A stretch of 64,000 nt of DNA from Gammaproteobacteria bacterium (GTDB lineage Bacteria > Pseudomonadota > Gammaproteobacteria > G965277405). A program made the position numbers and the translations under genes. This document shows, piece after piece, positions 59,945 through 64,000 of the stretch. The stretch spans positions 1,600,001 to 1,664,000 of the forward strand of contig OZ255726.1 in NCBI GenBank assembly GCA_965277405.1, in the 5' to 3' direction. Below the pieces are notes generated by a model. The model saw nothing but the letters and a program-made list of their open reading frames with translations. It was not told the DNA's origin and ran no database searches. Every line of letters begins with the position of its first letter. Positions within the stretch are counted from its first letter, which is position 1.

Positions 59945-61059
59945 TTGACGCTTTTGAAACGAAATAATAGAAGATTTCTGAATCACACCACAATCAATAT
60001 TGATTGCCTGGCGGATTGTTTATCCTGCTGCCAACTATCACGACCTGCCAGTTACGGTTGGTAAATACACAATTAAAGCGGCAGAAATTGAGCGTGTAGC
60101 ACTTTCCCAAAGGTAGCTTGGGGTGTGATCCACCGCATAATAATCGATGGTTGCGTATCGCAACATCGGCTTCTTGAATGTGGTTGGTTTGGCAAAAAAG
60201 AATCCCATTCCCTCGTCGCAACTGACATCAATAATCAGGCTATTGGGTTTGAGGCATCCGCGCTCTGCTGCGGTAACAAAATGGATAGGATGTTGAGTAT
60301 CTTGAAAGGTGCCGTTGACGATGATATCTGATTCACCAATAAGGTCGGTCAGTGGGGAGGTAGCGCCATCGTGTTCAACCAATACCATGCGTGCCTCGCC
60401 TGCGTTGCCGCTGCGAATTCTAACATAATTACAATCAAGCACCTCTTCACGTACCTCGTGGTCAGGGCGCTGAATGCAGATGGTAATATCTCTAAAACCA
60501 TCGCTTTAAGCGCGTATATCGCACCACGGCTGACTGCGCCAAAACCGAAAATAATAGTTTTGCGTTGATTGCCGTAATGCCCATCAATACCTTTCAATTG
60601 CAAGGCATGTATGACTGCGCAATACCCTGCCATTTCGTTATTTTTGTAAAACGTGTGGCGACCAATATGCCCGTTAGGAGACCAAATAAACATATCCTCA
60701 AAGGCAATGAGTGTTTGGTTACGATCGATAGCTGCTTGGGTGATATCTCGTTGCTGTACACAATGCACATAGCCCCAAAGTGTGCCCCCTTGGCGCAGCT
60801 GTATTAAATCGGCTAACACTGGCTTGTTAATAATCACCATGCCAATGTCTGCTAGTAATTCATGGCGTGGAGCAATACCACCTGTTAGCGCAGCAATTTC
60901 TGCGTCTGCGATACCAAATGGAATACCATATCCCTTTTCAAATATAAGCTGGCGGCGTAGCCTTGCAGGAATGCGCGACAAATGCTCTGGATGAATTGGA
61001 TAGCGGCGTTCATCTTCTTTTTTGGAAGTTCCAATGACTCCCATTACTGTTGTATTCAT
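59945..61059 (-). pseudogene. N(5)-(carboxyethyl)ornithine synthase-like (AlaDH/PNT family), frameshifted
   Basis: TSKKEDERRYPIHP, WGYVHCVQ, NNEMAGYCAV.HAL, GFGAVSRGA, IIDVSCDEGMGF and YAVDHTPS. Frameshift at ~60500 and more near the 3' end. Confidence 0.8.
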
Positions 61060-61101
61060 GTGGCGCCACCTTGGTAAACAAACAATGGGTTAGAGTTTAT
61101 G

Positions 61102-61122
61102 AGCGAGTTAATCAGCGATTCC
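61102..61122 (-). repeat. Solo MITE end abutting the ileS stop codon
   Basis: AGCGAGTTAATCAGCGATTCC|TTAG, where TTA is the ileS TAA read on the minus strand. Confidence 0.7.
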
Positions 61123-63942
61123 TTAGACAAAATTCCTGTGCTCGCCAATGTCATCGGTGATGTTGGTATGGCAACGGTCACATAATTCAGGATGCTTGGC
61201 ATGTCGGCCAAGATCAGCTCTGCGGTGCCAACAGCGCGGGCATTTTTCTTCGATTACTGGAGTCATGCTGATGTGCAGTTCGTCGCCTAATTGCAAGGTT
61301 GCTTGCGATGTTATGAGAGCGAAACGCAACTCTTCACCGAGTTTTGCGGCGCTATCATACATTGCCTGTGGGGCAACAATGGCGGCATGCAGCTCAAGCG
61401 ATGAGCCAACACGCTGTTGTTTTGGTAAGTTGCGCATGGCTTCTATATGCTTGTTGCATTGTTCTTTGATGGCAAAAACATGTTGCCAATCGCTTTCATC
61501 CAATGACGAAGTGACACTTGGGAATTGATACGTTACCGCAAGAAAAACTGATGCTGGGCGAGTACCTGTTGCTGTGTGTTGTGGCAGTGTCAGCCAAATT
61601 TCTTCTGCAGTGAAGTTCAGACATGGCGCAATCCATCTGGTAAGGGCTTCAAGAACATGATGCATTGCCGTTTGTGCACTACGCCGAGCCGGGCTATTGG
61701 CGGGCATGGTGTACAGGCGGTCTTTAATAATATCCAGATACAGTGCGCCTAAATCATGGTTGCAAAACCTTAGGATAGCCTGCGTTGTAGCCGCATAGTC
61801 GTACGCTGCTAATAAGCTACTGAGTTGTTGTTGCACAGCATGCGTACGGTTGATAATCCAGGCATCGATTGCTATCAGTTGGCTTGGTGCCACCAGATGG
61901 AGTATTCCATCAAAATCACTGGTGTTGGCAAGCAAAAAACGGCAAGTGTTTCTGATTCTGCGATACGAGTCACTCACCCGCTCTAAAATTTCTTGCGACA
62001 ACGCCATTTCATGGCTGAAGTCTGTTGAGCAAATCCATAAGCGCAAAATATCTGCGCCGTATTGGTTAATAATCTGCTGTGGCGCGATGCCATTATGCAA
62101 CGATTTCGACATTTTCCTGCCTTTACTATCAACTGTAAACCCGTGGGTAAGCACATTTTTATAGGGAGCACAACCGTTAATTGCTGTTGAAATGATTATC
62201 GATGACTGAAACCAACCGCGGTGTTGATCTGAACCTTCGAGGTACATATCAGCAGGAAATGTTAAGTCAGAACGCGCGCGTAATACCGCTTCATGGGTGG
62301 CTCCTGAATCAAACCACACATCTAAGACATCGGTTGATTTCTGATATTGGTCGGCTTCGCTACCAAGTAACTCCGCTGGATCAAGGTCAAACCACCCTTC
62401 GATACCGTGTTCGTGAATGATTGCTTCAATGGTAGTAAAAAACTCAATTGTGCGTAGGTGAAGTTCACCAGTGGTATTGTGGGTGAAAACTGGGATTGGC
62501 ACACCCCAATTCCGTTGCCGTGAAATACACCAATCAGGACGGCTTGCAACCATGCCTTGCATGCGTTCTTTGCCCCAACTGGGAATCCAGTGGACTTTTT
62601 CAACTTGGTCTAATACTTGCTGACTGAGAGGCTTGGCGTCGGTTTTGGCGTCCATCGCAACAAACCATTGTGGTGTTGCTCGATAGGCTGTTGGCACTTT
62701 ATGCCGCCAACAATGCGGGTAGGAGTGTTGATGTTTTACGGCATTAAATAATGCGCCATTATGCTCTAATGTGGCGATAATTTTTTCGTTAGCGGCATTG
62801 ATATGCATCCCGCCGAATAATGGCATGTCTGCGGCGAACAGACCGTTTGCTTGCACTGGGTTATCAAATGCCACTCCATATGCTTGCGCTGTATAGAAAT
62901 CATCGAGCCCATAAGCTGGCGCGCTATGGACTATCCCCGTGCCTTCATCCGCCAGCACATATTCTGCTAATACACACAGTGCCGTGCGTTCATACAGCGG
63001 GTGCTGCACAGTTTGGTGTTCAAATGCCTTTCCTGATATTGTGGCGACAATGCTAAAATTGCTCATGCCAAAGCGTTCCATGGCGGTTGTCACCAGCGCG
63101 TTTGCCAGCACCAGCGCCTGTTGATTGCCGTTGGTTTGATAGACCACCAATGCGTATTCAATGTTTGGGTGAAAAGCAATCAAGCGATTTGCCGGGATTG
63201 TCCACGGGGTAGTTGTCCAAATTACCGCAGTAATTGACTGCAATGGCTGGGTGTAGCCAAATAATGCGCTGATAGCAGCAGTATTGCTGAAGCGAAAACC
63301 AACATCAATAGCCGTCGAAGTGTGCGGGGCGTATTCAATTTCAGCCTCCGCCAAAGCAGAGCGGCATTGAAAGCAAAAGTGCACAGGCTTCTCGCCACGG
63401 CGCATATGACCATTGTTGATGAGCTTGCCCAATGCTCGCACGATTCCTGCTTCGGTTGCGTAGTTCATGGTTAAGTAGGGGTTTTCCCAGTCAGCAAAGA
63501 TACCAAGGCGCTTGAATTCATCTTTTTGCTTGGCAATGTGCTTGTTGGCAAATTCCCTGCAAGCTTTGCGGAATGTTTTCGCGTCAACTTTGTCCCCCAC
63601 TCTACCAATTTTTTTCTCAACATTGACTTCAATCGGCAGCCCGTGGCAGTCCCAACCAGGGACGTAGCTGATAGCTTTGCCGGCCATCAGCTGGGTTTTA
63701 TTGATAACATCTTTCAATACTTTGTTGACAGCATGGCCTAAGTGAATATTGCCGTTGGCGTATGGAGGGCCATCGTGGAGAATGAACGAGTGTTGGCGTG
63801 ACTTTCCTGCCGCAAGGATTTGTTGATATACGTCAATCGCTTGCCAATGTTTAAGAATTGCTGGCTCGCGCTGGGCAAGCGACGCCTTCATTGGGAATGA
63901 TGTTTGCGGGAGGTTGAGCGTCGATTTATAGTCGGTATTCAT
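61123..63942 (-). CDS. ileS: Isoleucine--tRNA ligase
   Basis: LHDGPPYANG.IHLGH, PGWDCHGLP, WTTTPWT, DWCISRQR, KMSKS and C-terminal CPRCW...C.RC. Confidence 0.98.
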   Translation of the reverse strand: MNTDYKSTLNLPQTSFPMKASLAQREPAILKHWQAIDVYQQILAAGKSRQHSFILHDGPPYANGNIHLGHAVNKVLKDVINKTQLMAGKAISYVPGWDCHGLPIEVNVEKKIGRVGDKVDAKTFRKACREFANKHIAKQKDEFKRLGIFADWENPYLTMNYATEAGIVRALGKLINNGHMRRGEKPVHFCFQCRSALAEAEIEYAPHTSTAIDVGFRFSNTAAISALFGYTQPLQSITAVIWTTTPWTIPANRLIAFHPNIEYALVVYQTNGNQQALVLANALVTTAMERFGMSNFSIVATISGKAFEHQTVQHPLYERTALCVLAEYVLADEGTGIVHSAPAYGLDDFYTAQAYGVAFDNPVQANGLFAADMPLFGGMHINAANEKIIATLEHNGALFNAVKHQHSYPHCWRHKVPTAYRATPQWFVAMDAKTDAKPLSQQVLDQVEKVHWIPSWGKERMQGMVASRPDWCISRQRNWGVPIPVFTHNTTGELHLRTIEFFTTIEAIIHEHGIEGWFDLDPAELLGSEADQYQKSTDVLDVWFDSGATHEAVLRARSDLTFPADMYLEGSDQHRGWFQSSIIISTAINGCAPYKNVLTHGFTVDSKGRKMSKSLHNGIAPQQIINQYGADILRLWICSTDFSHEMALSQEILERVSDSYRRIRNTCRFLLANTSDFDGILHLVAPSQLIAIDAWIINRTHAVQQQLSSLLAAYDYAATTQAILRFCNHDLGALYLDIIKDRLYTMPANSPARRSAQTAMHHVLEALTRWIAPCLNFTAEEIWLTLPQHTATGTRPASVFLAVTYQFPSVTSSLDESDWQHVFAIKEQCNKHIEAMRNLPKQQRVGSSLELHAAIVAPQAMYDSAAKLGEELRFALITSQATLQLGDELHISMTPVIEEKCPRCWHRRADLGRHAKHPELCDRCHTNITDDIGEHRNFV

Positions 63943-64000
63943 GCATGCATGCATTTATTAGTTAAAGTTAGCCATTGTAGGAATCGGCTGTAGTGACGCA

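Noticed and set aside
16473-60064. Short ORFs sharing peptides such as ISVFSPSRPSWT or RLAIISNCHQTRSIS (16473, 21297, 21387, 31008, 37694, 39050, 39094, 50508, 53495, 53703, 59479, 59831) as a protein family
   Set aside because: They are translations of the MITE in different frames with inconsistent starts and frameshifts; nothing indicates coding selection.

Overview
64 kb of a bacterial chromosome, most likely a gammaproteobacterium showing genome erosion. Intact core genes include argA, dgkA, pgi, gloB, cysS, selO, aapJQMP, rho, glnS, ileS and bolA. They are mixed with acquired blocks: an AT-rich MboI/DpnII-type GATC restriction-modification system, a MATE-like gene, a GC-richer hut operon with a TRAP transporter, a saoD/DsrE-like gene under a Zur-like box, and an orphan bhcA-like aminotransferase. 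About a dozen gene fragments or pseudogenes, one intact-looking IS1595 and three IS5-family remnants are also present. Two signals stand out. (1) An uncharacterised four-gene membrane operon (11335-16300) encodes a MotA/TolQ/ExbB channel, two proteins with ExbD-like acidic TM helices and a double FGE-sulfatase-fold protein; it is a candidate new ion-gradient-driven envelope machine. (2) A ~240-300 bp non-coding MITE family has IS5-type ends (GGAA[G/C]CTCTGATTAA, TTAG/CTAA target), with 10 two-ended copies plus fragments. It folds into a branched hairpin, is mosaic between copies, lands on stop codons and gene 3' ends, and marks deletion junctions. No rRNA, tRNA or CRISPR array was recognised. 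All protein assignments come from motif recognition by eye, not from database searches.
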